Of a DNA stretch of 54,604 bases, positions 29,231 through 37,649 are shown piece after piece. This DNA comes from Gemmatimonadales bacterium. GTDB lineage: Bacteria > Gemmatimonadota > Gemmatimonadetes > Gemmatimonadales > GWC2-71-9. The position numbers and the translations under genes were made by a program. The stretch covers positions 1-54,604 of the forward strand of contig DATABZ010000309.1 of the NCBI GenBank assembly GCA_036259315.1, in the 5' to 3' direction. The notes under the pieces were generated by a model that saw only the letters and a program-made list of their open reading frames with translations, had not been told where the DNA came from and did no database searches. Every line of letters begins with the position of its first letter. Position 1 is the stretch's first letter.

Positions 29231-30154
29231 GTGACCGCCACCCGTCCCGCCGCATCCGCGGCCCGCCCCGCGCTCGCCGCCGACCTCGGCATGCTGCTCG
29301 TCGCCGTCATCTGGGGCGTCAATTTCAGCGTCACGAAGGGCGTTTTCGAGCGCATCCCGCCGCTCGCCTTCACCGGGATCCGGTTCACCCTGGCGAGCGT
29401 GCTCCTCGTGCCGCTGGTGCGCCGGACCGAGGGCCCCGCATCCCTTCCCCGCGGTGCGCTGCCTCGCCTGATCGTCCTCGGCATCGTGGGCAACACGCTC
29501 TACCAGCTCAGCTGGATTTCCGGACTCGAGCGCACCACGGCATCCAACAGCGCGCTCATCCTCGCCTCCATGCCGACCATCGTGGCCCTCATGGCCGTCG
29601 CCCTGCGGCTCGAGCCGTTCCGGCCGCGGGTCCTGGGCGGAGTCTTCGTCGCCACGCTGGGCGTGGTGCTGGTGGTGGCCGCGAGGGGGACCGGCTTCGG
29701 GGCCGCGACCATGGCCGGCGACCTGCTGACCCTGGGCGCGGTGATCTGCTGGGCCGGCTACACGCTCGGCCTGCGGGTGCTGCCGTCCCAGATCTCGCCG
29801 CTCCGCGTCACCATGGTCACGACGGTGGCCGGGGCTCCGGTGCTGCTGCTGGCCGGCCTGCCGGAGATGATCGAGATGGATTGGAGCGCGGTCGGCTGGC
29901 AGGGATGGGCGGCGGTCGCGTACGCCACCATCCTCTCGTTGCTGGTGGCCTACCTGATCTGGAATCGCAGCGTGAAAATGGTGGGGCCGAGCCGGACGGT
30001 GATCTACATGTGCCTGACGCCGCTGATCGCGGTCGCGGCGGCGGCGGTGCTCCTGGGAGAGCGGCCGCGGCCGCTGCAGGCGGTCGGCGCCGCGCTCATC
30101 ATCGCGGGGGTGGTGCTGACGGTGGGCCGGCAGCGGGAGCCCGCGCCGACGTAG
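29231..30154 (+). CDS. DMT-superfamily (EamA) transporter
   Basis: C-terminal part of track ORF 27668..30154; the upstream part is antisense to lepA. Ten predicted TM helices in two EamA repeats. The start is uncertain: GTG 29231, TTG 29207 or ATG 29288. Confidence 0.82.
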   Translation: MTATRPAASAARPALAADLGMLLVAVIWGVNFSVTKGVFERIPPLAFTGIRFTLASVLLVPLVRRTEGPASLPRGALPRLIVLGIVGNTLYQLSWISGLERTTASNSALILASMPTIVALMAVALRLEPFRPRVLGGVFVATLGVVLVVAARGTGFGAATMAGDLLTLGAVICWAGYTLGLRVLPSQISPLRVTMVTTVAGAPVLLLAGLPEMIEMDWSAVGWQGWAAVAYATILSLLVAYLIWNRSVKMVGPSRTVIYMCLTPLIAVAAAAVLLGERPRPLQAVGAALIIAGVVLTVGRQREPAPT

Positions 30155-30494
30155 CCTGCTCGAGCTCCTCCAGGCGCGCCATCGCGCGGCGCAGGTGGGG
30201 AATCACGATGCTGCCGCCCACCACGAGGCCCACGGAGAAGATCTCCAGGAGCTCCTCACGCGTCACGCCTTCCTCGCGGCACCGTACGACGTGGTACGTC
30301 ACGCAGTCGTCGCAGCGCAGCACCAGGGAGGCGACCAGCCCGAGCATCTCCTTGGTCCTGGTGCCCAGCGCGCCGGGCTCGTAGGCCCGCTGGTCGAGCG
30401 CGAAGAACCGATTGATGGTGAGGTTGCCCGCTCCCAGGATGAGCTCGTTCATCCGGGAGCGGAACGCGTCGAAGTCCTCGGGAGTGTCGGGCAT
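30099..30494 (-). CDS. Carboxymuconolactone decarboxylase/AhpD-like family protein
   Basis: 131 aa. AhpD-type motif CDDCVTYH. The 3' end overlaps the convergent EamA gene by 56 nt. Confidence 0.85.
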   Translation of the reverse strand: MPDTPEDFDAFRSRMNELILGAGNLTINRFFALDQRAYEPGALGTRTKEMLGLVASLVLRCDDCVTYHVVRCREEGVTREELLEIFSVGLVVGGSIVIPHLRRAMARLEELEQATSARAPAAGPPSAPPPR

Positions 30495-30524
30495 GGACCG
30501 GAAGATATCATCCCGACAGCCTTC

Positions 30525-32045
30525 CTACTCCTCGACGATCAACCTCCGGCTCTCGGGATCCCATTGCGGGCGCTCCGGCGCGTCGGCGATCTCCTTCCCG
30601 AAGTAGTACAGCAGCTTCAGGATCCTAGCCTCCTTCTCGCTGTCGATCTTCTCGGGGGAGTCGGTGACCCGATGATAGTCCTCGTGCACGCCGTTGAAGA
30701 AGAAGATCGCCGGCACGCCCTTCCTCGCGAAGTTGTAGTGGTCGGACCGGAAGTAGAAACGCTCCTCGGGCCAGCGGTCGTCGATCGCACTCATGCGGAG
30801 CTCGGGGTGCGCCGCGTTCACCCGCTCCAGCGTGGCGCCGAGGTCGGAGTGCTCCTTGCCGATCGCGACGATGGTGTCCTCCCAGTTCCGGCCCAGCATG
30901 TCGAGGTTGATGTTCGCGACGATCTGGTCCAGCGGCACCGTGGGATGCTCGCTGAACCAGCGACTGCCCCACAGCCCCTTCTCCTCCCCGCTCACCGTGA
31001 GGAAGATGACCGACCGCCTGGGTCGCGCACCCGGCCGGCTGAATGCCTCCGCCAGCTCGATGACGCCCGCGGTGCCGGAGGCATTGTCGTCCGCCCCGTT
31101 GTTGATGCTGTCGCGCGCACCCGGCGTGATGCCGACGTGGTCCATGTGCGCGGAGAAGACCAGATACTCCTTCCTGAGCGCCGCGTCGCTGCCCTCGACG
31201 ATCCCGACGGTGTTCGGCGCGCTCAGCGAGTCGGTGACTTTCTCCCGCAGATCCACGGTCGCCTGGAGGCCCGGTACCTCACGCGACACCGGCAGCGTGG
31301 CGCGCCGCACCTCGGCCAGCTTCACCCCGGCAGCCCGAAGCACCGGCGCGATCGCGGTCTCCGAGACCTCGACCGACGGCGGCGAGCCGAGGCGGAGATC
31401 CATACCGTAGCGCTCCGGCGCCGATCGGGGCACTCGCGCGGCGAACGCCGCGGAGTCGAGGTTCGAGACCGACACGACCGCTACCGCTCCGCTCACCCGA
31501 AGGGCACGGGCCACCTGCGTCGCGTTGACCGGAATCCTCCTGGAGTAGTCGTGGACGTAGAGCACGACCTTGTCCCGGAGATCCATGTGCGACACCGCCT
31601 CGGGCGTGACCGCTCCCCCCACCAGCACCATGCTGCCCTCGACCGGCCGAGCCGGGATCTCGCCGGACACGTGCCGCGCGGTGGCGTCGAGCCTGGCGGT
31701 CGCGGAGGCGGAGCCGGCCCGGAGCACCACGCGCGAGCTCGCCAGGTCCAGGCGGCGCCGGGTGATGGGGTAGCGCTGGAACCATCCGCCGTTCTCTCCG
31801 CCCGGCTTCAGCCCGAAGCGGCGGAACTGGTCGGCCACGTACCGTGCCGTGAGCTCCAGTTCCGGGCTCGGCGTGTCGCGGCCGAGCATGGAATCGTGGG
31901 CCAGGATGCCCACGCGGCGAGCCACGTCGGACGCCGTGATGCTCGCGGCCGCGCCGGAGGCGGACCGCACCGGATCTGGCGCCTGCGCCGCGAGCGGGCC
32001 GGCGACGCACGCCAGCGCGAGCAGTGCCCGTGGGCGAAGCGTCAT
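30525..32045 (-). CDS. Secreted M28-family aminopeptidase with a PA-like insert (paralogue A)
   Basis: 506 aa with a signal peptide. Zinc ligand motifs SAHMDH, GADDNASG, SGEEKGLWGS and DYHRVTD. Confidence 0.88.
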   Translation of the reverse strand: MTLRPRALLALACVAGPLAAQAPDPVRSASGAAASITASDVARRVGILAHDSMLGRDTPSPELELTARYVADQFRRFGLKPGGENGGWFQRYPITRRRLDLASSRVVLRAGSASATARLDATARHVSGEIPARPVEGSMVLVGGAVTPEAVSHMDLRDKVVLYVHDYSRRIPVNATQVARALRVSGAVAVVSVSNLDSAAFAARVPRSAPERYGMDLRLGSPPSVEVSETAIAPVLRAAGVKLAEVRRATLPVSREVPGLQATVDLREKVTDSLSAPNTVGIVEGSDAALRKEYLVFSAHMDHVGITPGARDSINNGADDNASGTAGVIELAEAFSRPGARPRRSVIFLTVSGEEKGLWGSRWFSEHPTVPLDQIVANINLDMLGRNWEDTIVAIGKEHSDLGATLERVNAAHPELRMSAIDDRWPEERFYFRSDHYNFARKGVPAIFFFNGVHEDYHRVTDSPEKIDSEKEARILKLLYYFGKEIADAPERPQWDPESRRLIVEE

Positions 32046-33562
32046 CGTTCCTCCACGAGTCGCTCGTAGCTGCCGGGATACCAGCGCGGCCGCTCCGGGG
32101 CGTTGGCCACCGACGCCGCGATATGGAAGACGTACCGGACCAGGCGCGCGGCCTTCTCGCTGTCGATGCGATCGGCCGCGTCGGTCGGCTGGTGGTAATC
32201 GGCGTGCGTGCCGCTGGTGAAGAAGAGCACCGGAACACCTTTCACCGCGAAGTTGTAGTGGTCGGAGCGGTAGAAGATCCGCTCCTCCGGCCAGCGATCC
32301 GCCACCGGCGCCATGCGGAGCTGCGGGTGCGCCGCGGTGACGCGCCGCAGGGTCTCGCCCAGCGTGGACATCTCGGACCCGGTGACGATCACCGAGTCCT
32401 CCCAGTTGCGGCCGATGAGGTCCATGTTGAGATCGGCCACCACGTCACGCAACGGCACCGTGGGGTGTTGCACGTAGTACGCGCTGCCCCACAGTCCCTT
32501 TTCCTCGCCACTGGGGACCAGGAACAGCAGCGAGCGCGCCGGGCGCGCCTCTCGCCGGCTGAACGCTTCGGCCAGCTCCAGCAGCCCGGCGACGCCGGAG
32601 GCGTTGTCGTCCGCGCCGTTGAAGATGCTGTCGCTCCGCCCCGCCCGCACGCCCACGTGGTCGAGGTGAGCCGAGACCGCCAGATACTCGTGCCGGAGTG
32701 CGGGATCCCGCCCCTCGAGGACGGCCACCAGATTCGGCACCATGGCCCGCTCGAGATAGCGGCGTGCGATCCGCAGGTCGACGCGGAGCTCCGGCATCTC
32801 CCGGATCACCGTACTGTCCAAGGCCCGGAGGTGCTCGAGGTCGAGCGCCGCCACCGCGGCGACGTCGCCCAGGGCGCTCTCACGGACCTCCACCACCGGC
32901 GCGCCGCCCATGCTGTCCCGGAAGTCGGGCGTGAGTCGCGGCTCGAGCGACGTGTCCATCCTGCGGCTGAAGGTCGAGGTGTCTCGGTTGGAGAGCAGGA
33001 TCACCGCCCGGGCCACCCTGGCGATCTCGTCGATCCGGTCGCCGAGGTCGAACGGGAGGGGCCGCTGGAAGTCGGGCGTGAGGAGCACCATCCGATCGCG
33101 CAGACGGGCGTCCTTCGCGACGCGCGGGGTGACTGGCCCGGCCACCACCAGGGCGGCGCCGCCGACCGGCTGACCCGAGACCACGCCGCCGATGACCCGC
33201 ACGTCCTCGCCGAATGCGGCCGCCGCCCGGGCGCCCCGCGCGGACATCTCGAGCGCGGACGCGGCGGTGTCCACCGTCCACCGGGAGACCCCGAAGCGCT
33301 GGACGTAGGTCCCCCGCTCGCCTGCCGGCCGGAGGCCGAGTCGCTGGAACTCCCCGACCACGTATTCCGCGGCGCGCTCGAGACCGGGGCTCGGCGTGTC
33401 CCGCCCCAGCATGGAGTCGTGCGCCAGGATCTCGATCCGAGAGCGAACGTCCGATGCGGTGATCGTCTCCGCTGCGGCGTCGAGCGGCCCCGGCGCCTGC
33501 GCGACGAGAGGGGAACCGGTCGGAAGTACGAGGAAGAGGAGAAGGAGGAGTGACCAGGTCAT
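32042..33562 (-). CDS. Secreted M28-family aminopeptidase (paralogue B)
   Basis: Internal ATG at 33562 gives 506 aa, the same length as paralogue A. Motifs SAHLDH, GADDNASG, SGEEKGLWGS and DYHQPTD. ATGA overlap with paralogue A. Confidence 0.88.
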   Translation of the reverse strand: MTWSLLLLLFLVLPTGSPLVAQAPGPLDAAAETITASDVRSRIEILAHDSMLGRDTPSPGLERAAEYVVGEFQRLGLRPAGERGTYVQRFGVSRWTVDTAASALEMSARGARAAAAFGEDVRVIGGVVSGQPVGGAALVVAGPVTPRVAKDARLRDRMVLLTPDFQRPLPFDLGDRIDEIARVARAVILLSNRDTSTFSRRMDTSLEPRLTPDFRDSMGGAPVVEVRESALGDVAAVAALDLEHLRALDSTVIREMPELRVDLRIARRYLERAMVPNLVAVLEGRDPALRHEYLAVSAHLDHVGVRAGRSDSIFNGADDNASGVAGLLELAEAFSRREARPARSLLFLVPSGEEKGLWGSAYYVQHPTVPLRDVVADLNMDLIGRNWEDSVIVTGSEMSTLGETLRRVTAAHPQLRMAPVADRWPEERIFYRSDHYNFAVKGVPVLFFTSGTHADYHQPTDAADRIDSEKAARLVRYVFHIAASVANAPERPRWYPGSYERLVEER

Positions 33563-33569
33563 TCGTGGT

Positions 33570-34754
33570 TCATGGCTTCCGCCGGCGCAGCTCGGGCTCT
33601 CCGGTGCTCCTGGGTTCCTTCCGGGGCTTCGCGGAGGGGTTCTCGCGCGGCTTCGCGGAAGGCGCGGGACGGCGTTCGCGCTCGGGCGGGCGCTCGCGAT
33701 CCGCCTCGCGGTCGCGCTCCGCCGGCGCTGCTCGATCGGTGGGGCGCGGAGCCTCGGTGGTGGTGACCGGGGTGTCCAGCTCCACTCGCCGTCTTCCCTC
33801 CGGCCTCCGCTCGCCGGCCGGCGGCGTCGGAGCACGGAGGGCCGGAGCCATCCGCAGGGCCGCTCCGTCGGCCACGAGCCCCGGGGCCGGCACCGCTCCG
33901 CGACCACCCACGTCGCGATTGGTGCGTCCCGTCTCCTCAGGCCGGCGATACTCGGCGCCCTCGAGGCCCTGTACTCGGGTGACGTATTCCCGTCCCGTGT
34001 CCGCATCCCGGAACACATAGCGCGGGCCCGGCCGCCCGGGACGCTGCATCACCACGGCGCGCCCGCGGAGCGCGCGGTAGGGGTAGTAGCGCGGATCGTC
34101 GTAGATGACCACGCGAAATCTGGAGCAGGCGCGCCGGTACGGGTCCCACTCCTCGTAGCTGGCGTAGGCGTGGCAGTCGTAGCAGACGAACCGCGGGTAC
34201 TCGTAGTGGCGCTCCACGTGATAGGTGTTGATGTCGTAGTCGTAGTCGTCCCCCCGCGCGAGCCGCGCCGCGAGGTCGGACAGGGCCACATAGGGGTCTC
34301 CCCGGACGCGCCCGCCGTCGATCGCCCGATAGTCCCAGCGGTCCCCGAGCGCGATGTCCTCGAAATCGAAGGGGTGCGACGAGGCGACGGCGAATAGATA
34401 ACCGATCCCCGGATCGTCATCTACGATGAAGGAGCGACCGCCACGGCCGCCGGTCAGCTGGAGCTCGCTGGCCCCACGGATGTAGGTGTCGCCCCACGGC
34501 TCACGGGGGAACAGCACCTCGATCCTGCCGTCGGTGTCCACCCGGAAGACGGCCACGTGGGTCGGATGCTCGGCGCTCAGGTAGACCCGGGCGGCCTGCC
34601 CCCGGCGGTACGGCTCCTGTCGGTCCGCCCACACCGCGATCCGTCCCGGCGCGTCCGCGGACCGCCGGGCGGCGGAATTCGTGACGAGGTCGTTGGCGGG
34701 AGGGCTGGAAAACGGGAGGCCGGCGAGCAGCATCCAACCCAATATCGTGAGCAT
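33570..34754 (-). CDS. Secreted DUF4384-like protein with a Cys/Tyr-rich middle and an Arg/Pro/Glu-rich disordered tail
   Basis: Start at MLTILGW (34754) with GGAGGG Shine-Dalgarno sequence. The N-terminal region (VAVFRVDTDGRIEVLFP) resembles DUF4384. Central YPRFVCYDCHAY motif. The tail has the repeated SAKPR(E/K) unit. Confidence 0.6.
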   Translation of the reverse strand: MLTILGWMLLAGLPFSSPPANDLVTNSAARRSADAPGRIAVWADRQEPYRRGQAARVYLSAEHPTHVAVFRVDTDGRIEVLFPREPWGDTYIRGASELQLTGGRGGRSFIVDDDPGIGYLFAVASSHPFDFEDIALGDRWDYRAIDGGRVRGDPYVALSDLAARLARGDDYDYDINTYHVERHYEYPRFVCYDCHAYASYEEWDPYRRACSRFRVVIYDDPRYYPYRALRGRAVVMQRPGRPGPRYVFRDADTGREYVTRVQGLEGAEYRRPEETGRTNRDVGGRGAVPAPGLVADGAALRMAPALRAPTPPAGERRPEGRRRVELDTPVTTTEAPRPTDRAAPAERDREADRERPPERERRPAPSAKPRENPSAKPRKEPRSTGEPELRRRKP

Positions 34755-34959
34755 GGTCCCTCCGGACACTCCGAGCGATCCGCCGCATGGCAGCAGGCGG
34801 CGTGCCACCGAAGGTGGAGGGGTTAAGATACGGGAGAGCAAAGCGTTGAGAGGATCGAGCGGATCGCCCTCTCTGGTGCCCGCGTCACCCTGACCGGACA
34901 CCATCGCCCACCCGGCCGACGTTGCCAGTCACCGACAACCCCGATACGTTGCGCGCTTC

Positions 34960-35868
34960 ATGTCCCCGCCCGACCGTCTCGACCTCCTGGACCCGCTGGA
35001 CGTCTCCCGGCTGGGGGGCATCGAGGTAATCACCGAGGGGGTGGTCGAGGGCTTTCTCACCGGACTGCACCGGTCCCCGCGGCGCGGGTTCTCCGTCGAG
35101 TTCGCCGAGCATCGCATGTACCAGCCCGGAGACGAGCTGCGGTACGTGGATTGGAAGATTCTCGGGCGCAACGACCGGCTGTACGTCAAGCAATTCGAGG
35201 AAGAGACCAACCTGCGCGCCATGGTGGTCTGCGACGTCAGCCGCTCCATGGCATGGACCGGCGACCCCGAGTCGGTCCTGCCCAAGCTCGCCTATGCCCA
35301 GCGGCTCATCGCCGCGCTCGCGCTCGTCCTCCTCCGCCAGCGGGACGCCACCGGTCTCATCGCGTTCGACGACGAGGTCCGCGCCGTGCTGCCGCCCCGC
35401 GCGCGGCTCAGTCACTGGCGCCAGCTGGTGCGGGTGCTCGCCGGCATCGAGGCGGGTCAGGGCACGGCGGCCGAGCCCGCGCTCCGTCGGGTGATGGATC
35501 AGCTGTGCCGGCGGGGGCTCGTCGTCTTCGTCTCCGACCTCCTCCTCGACCGCGATCTCGCGCTCAAGGCCCTTCGCTTCCTGCGGCACCGCGGCCACCA
35601 GGTGCTGGTGCTCCACGTGATGGACCCCGGTGAGCTGACGCTCGGCGGCCCCGCAGAGGCCCGGTTCGAGGACCCCGAGACCAGGGCCGCGGTCGTGCTC
35701 CGCCCGCGCGACTGGGCCGGGGCCTACAGTGAGACGGTAAGGAATGTCGTGGGCGAGTGGCGCCTGGCCTGCCGGCGCCACGGGATCCGCTATCACCGGG
35801 TCACTACGGACACGCCGTACGGCACGGCGCTGCGTCAGGCCCTGGCGGCGGCGCCTCGCTCGGGATGA
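34960..35868 (+). CDS. DUF58 family protein (vWA-like, MoxR/Bat-operon associated)
   Basis: 302 aa. RRGFSVEFAEHRMYQPGDELRYVDWK is typical of DUF58. MIDAS-like DVSRS. Confidence 0.88.
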   Translation: MSPPDRLDLLDPLDVSRLGGIEVITEGVVEGFLTGLHRSPRRGFSVEFAEHRMYQPGDELRYVDWKILGRNDRLYVKQFEEETNLRAMVVCDVSRSMAWTGDPESVLPKLAYAQRLIAALALVLLRQRDATGLIAFDDEVRAVLPPRARLSHWRQLVRVLAGIEAGQGTAAEPALRRVMDQLCRRGLVVFVSDLLLDRDLALKALRFLRHRGHQVLVLHVMDPGELTLGGPAEARFEDPETRAAVVLRPRDWAGAYSETVRNVVGEWRLACRRHGIRYHRVTTDTPYGTALRQALAAAPRSG

Positions 35869-37649
35869 TCGGTTTCCTTCACCCCTGGGCCCTGGTTGGG
35901 CTGCTGGCCGCCGGTATTCCCATCCTGCTCCACCTGTTGGCCCGTCGCGAGCCGCCGACCGTCGTCTTCCCCGCCGTCCGGTACCTCATCACGACGACGC
36001 GCGAGCACCAGCGCCGCCTCAAGCTCCAGAACCTGCTTCTCCTGCTGGTGCGCACGCTGCTGATCGTCGCGCTGGTGCTCGCGGCTGCGGGACCCACGGC
36101 GCCGGTGCGCGGGGTGCCGGGCCACGCGCCGAGCGCGCTGGTACTGATCGTGGACAACTCCCCGAGCAGCGGCGCGGTCGTCGGAGGGTCGCCGAGGCTG
36201 GCGCAGTTGCGGGAAGCGGCTCGCCGGGTGGTCGCGCGCTCGACACCGGACGACGCGCTCTGGCTCCTCACGGCCGACGGCGTCCCCCAGCGCGGGGACC
36301 CCCGAACCCTCACATCGCAGCTGGACGCACTCGAGATCTCGCCCCGCCGCCTCGACCTCGGCAGCGCGGTGATCCTCGCCCGGGACGTGCTCGGCACCGA
36401 TCAGCGTCCGGGCGAGATCGTGCTCCTGAGCGACCTCCAGGCGAGCGCCGTCTCGCCGGCGGATCCGGGCGTGCCGCTCCTCGTGGGACGGCCGGATGCG
36501 CCGCCGCCGCCGAACGTGGGGATCGCGCGGATGGAGACCGGAGCCCAGCCATGGTCCGGCGAAGGCGGACGGGTGAGCCTCGCGCTCGATGGCGACTCCG
36601 GCCTCGCCGTGGCGCTCACCGCCCGGCTCGGCAGCCGACCGCCGCGGCAGGCGCTTGGCCGAGCCGGCTCTGCGGTCACGCTTCAGCTCCCCGGCGCGCC
36701 GAGCGGCTGGTGGACCCTGGTCGCGGAGCTGGCCCCGGACGAGCTGCGCGCGGATGACCAGCGGACCGGGGTGGTGCGGATCGCGCCGGTCGCGCGGGTG
36801 CGATGGGACACTGCCTCGCGGCACGTCGCCGCGGCCTGCGAGGTGCTCGCCGCCAACCGGCGGATCGAGCGCGGCGACGAGGTCACGTTCGGACGGTTGG
36901 GGCGCGGCAGCTCGGTGGTGCAGCCGCCGGACGACGCCGCCCAGCTGGGTGCGCTCAACCGGGCGCTCGGGGCGCGCGGCGTGGGATGGAGCTACGGGCC
37001 GCTCTCGATCGAGCCCGCGACCACCGACAGCGGCGCGATCGTGGGCAGGGTGCGGGTGACGCGGCGGTACGCGCTTCAGCCCACCGGCAGCGGCCGTACG
37101 GGAGTGCTCGCGACGGTCGCCGGCGAGCCGTGGATCGTCCGGAGCGGTGAGGTCGTGCTGCTCGGCAGCCGACTCGAGCCCGAGTGGACCGAGCTGCCGG
37201 TCAGGGCGGGATTCATGCCGTTCATGGACCTCCTGCTCAACCGGCTCGCCCGGGGGGAGGCGCTGATCGCCCAGGGTGCGCCGGGAGACGCGCTGCCGTT
37301 GCCCGACCTCGCCACCGGCGTGCGACAGGGCGAGCGCGAGTGGCAGGTCGAGGGCGGGGGCTCGTTCCGCCCGACGGATGTCGGCGCCTACTACCTGGTC
37401 GCGGACGCGGACACGCTCGGAGCCATCAGCGCCAACCTGGATCCGCGGGAGTCGCTCCTGGCGCCGGCTCCAGACGACCGGATCGAGCGACTCTGGACGG
37501 GCGCGCGGGTGACTTCGCTGGAGGAGAGCGCGGAGCTGGTCTTCGCCGCCGGTGCCATGGCCGATTTCCGGGGGCCCCTGCTGCTCGCCGCCCTGTTGCT
37601 CGGGCTGGGCGAGCTGGCGCTGGCCAGCGCACTGAGGCGCCAGCAGTGA
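35865..37649 (+). CDS. BatA-N-terminal-domain / vWA-like membrane protein
   Basis: Start at MIGFLHPWALVGLLAAGIPILLHLL (aerotolerance-operon N-terminal motif), with ATGA overlap with DUF58. MIDAS DNSPS. C-terminal TM helix. Confidence 0.75.
   Translation: MIGFLHPWALVGLLAAGIPILLHLLARREPPTVVFPAVRYLITTTREHQRRLKLQNLLLLLVRTLLIVALVLAAAGPTAPVRGVPGHAPSALVLIVDNSPSSGAVVGGSPRLAQLREAARRVVARSTPDDALWLLTADGVPQRGDPRTLTSQLDALEISPRRLDLGSAVILARDVLGTDQRPGEIVLLSDLQASAVSPADPGVPLLVGRPDAPPPPNVGIARMETGAQPWSGEGGRVSLALDGDSGLAVALTARLGSRPPRQALGRAGSAVTLQLPGAPSGWWTLVAELAPDELRADDQRTGVVRIAPVARVRWDTASRHVAAACEVLAANRRIERGDEVTFGRLGRGSSVVQPPDDAAQLGALNRALGARGVGWSYGPLSIEPATTDSGAIVGRVRVTRRYALQPTGSGRTGVLATVAGEPWIVRSGEVVLLGSRLEPEWTELPVRAGFMPFMDLLLNRLARGEALIAQGAPGDALPLPDLATGVRQGEREWQVEGGGSFRPTDVGAYYLVADADTLGAISANLDPRESLLAPAPDDRIERLWTGARVTSLEESAELVFAAGAMADFRGPLLLAALLLGLGELALASALRRQQ

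Noticed and set aside
32042-34018. Long N-terminal extensions offered by the ORF track. Examples are 32042..34018 (658 aa), 21796..23100, 26352..27512, 37184..40915, 35757..37649, 15517..16323, 48802..50358 and 42301..44172.
   Set aside because: The extensions are Arg/Pro-rich and overlap the upstream gene. Internal starts give signal peptides or conserved N-termini, have Shine-Dalgarno sequences or ATGA/GTGA coupling, and restore family-typical lengths.
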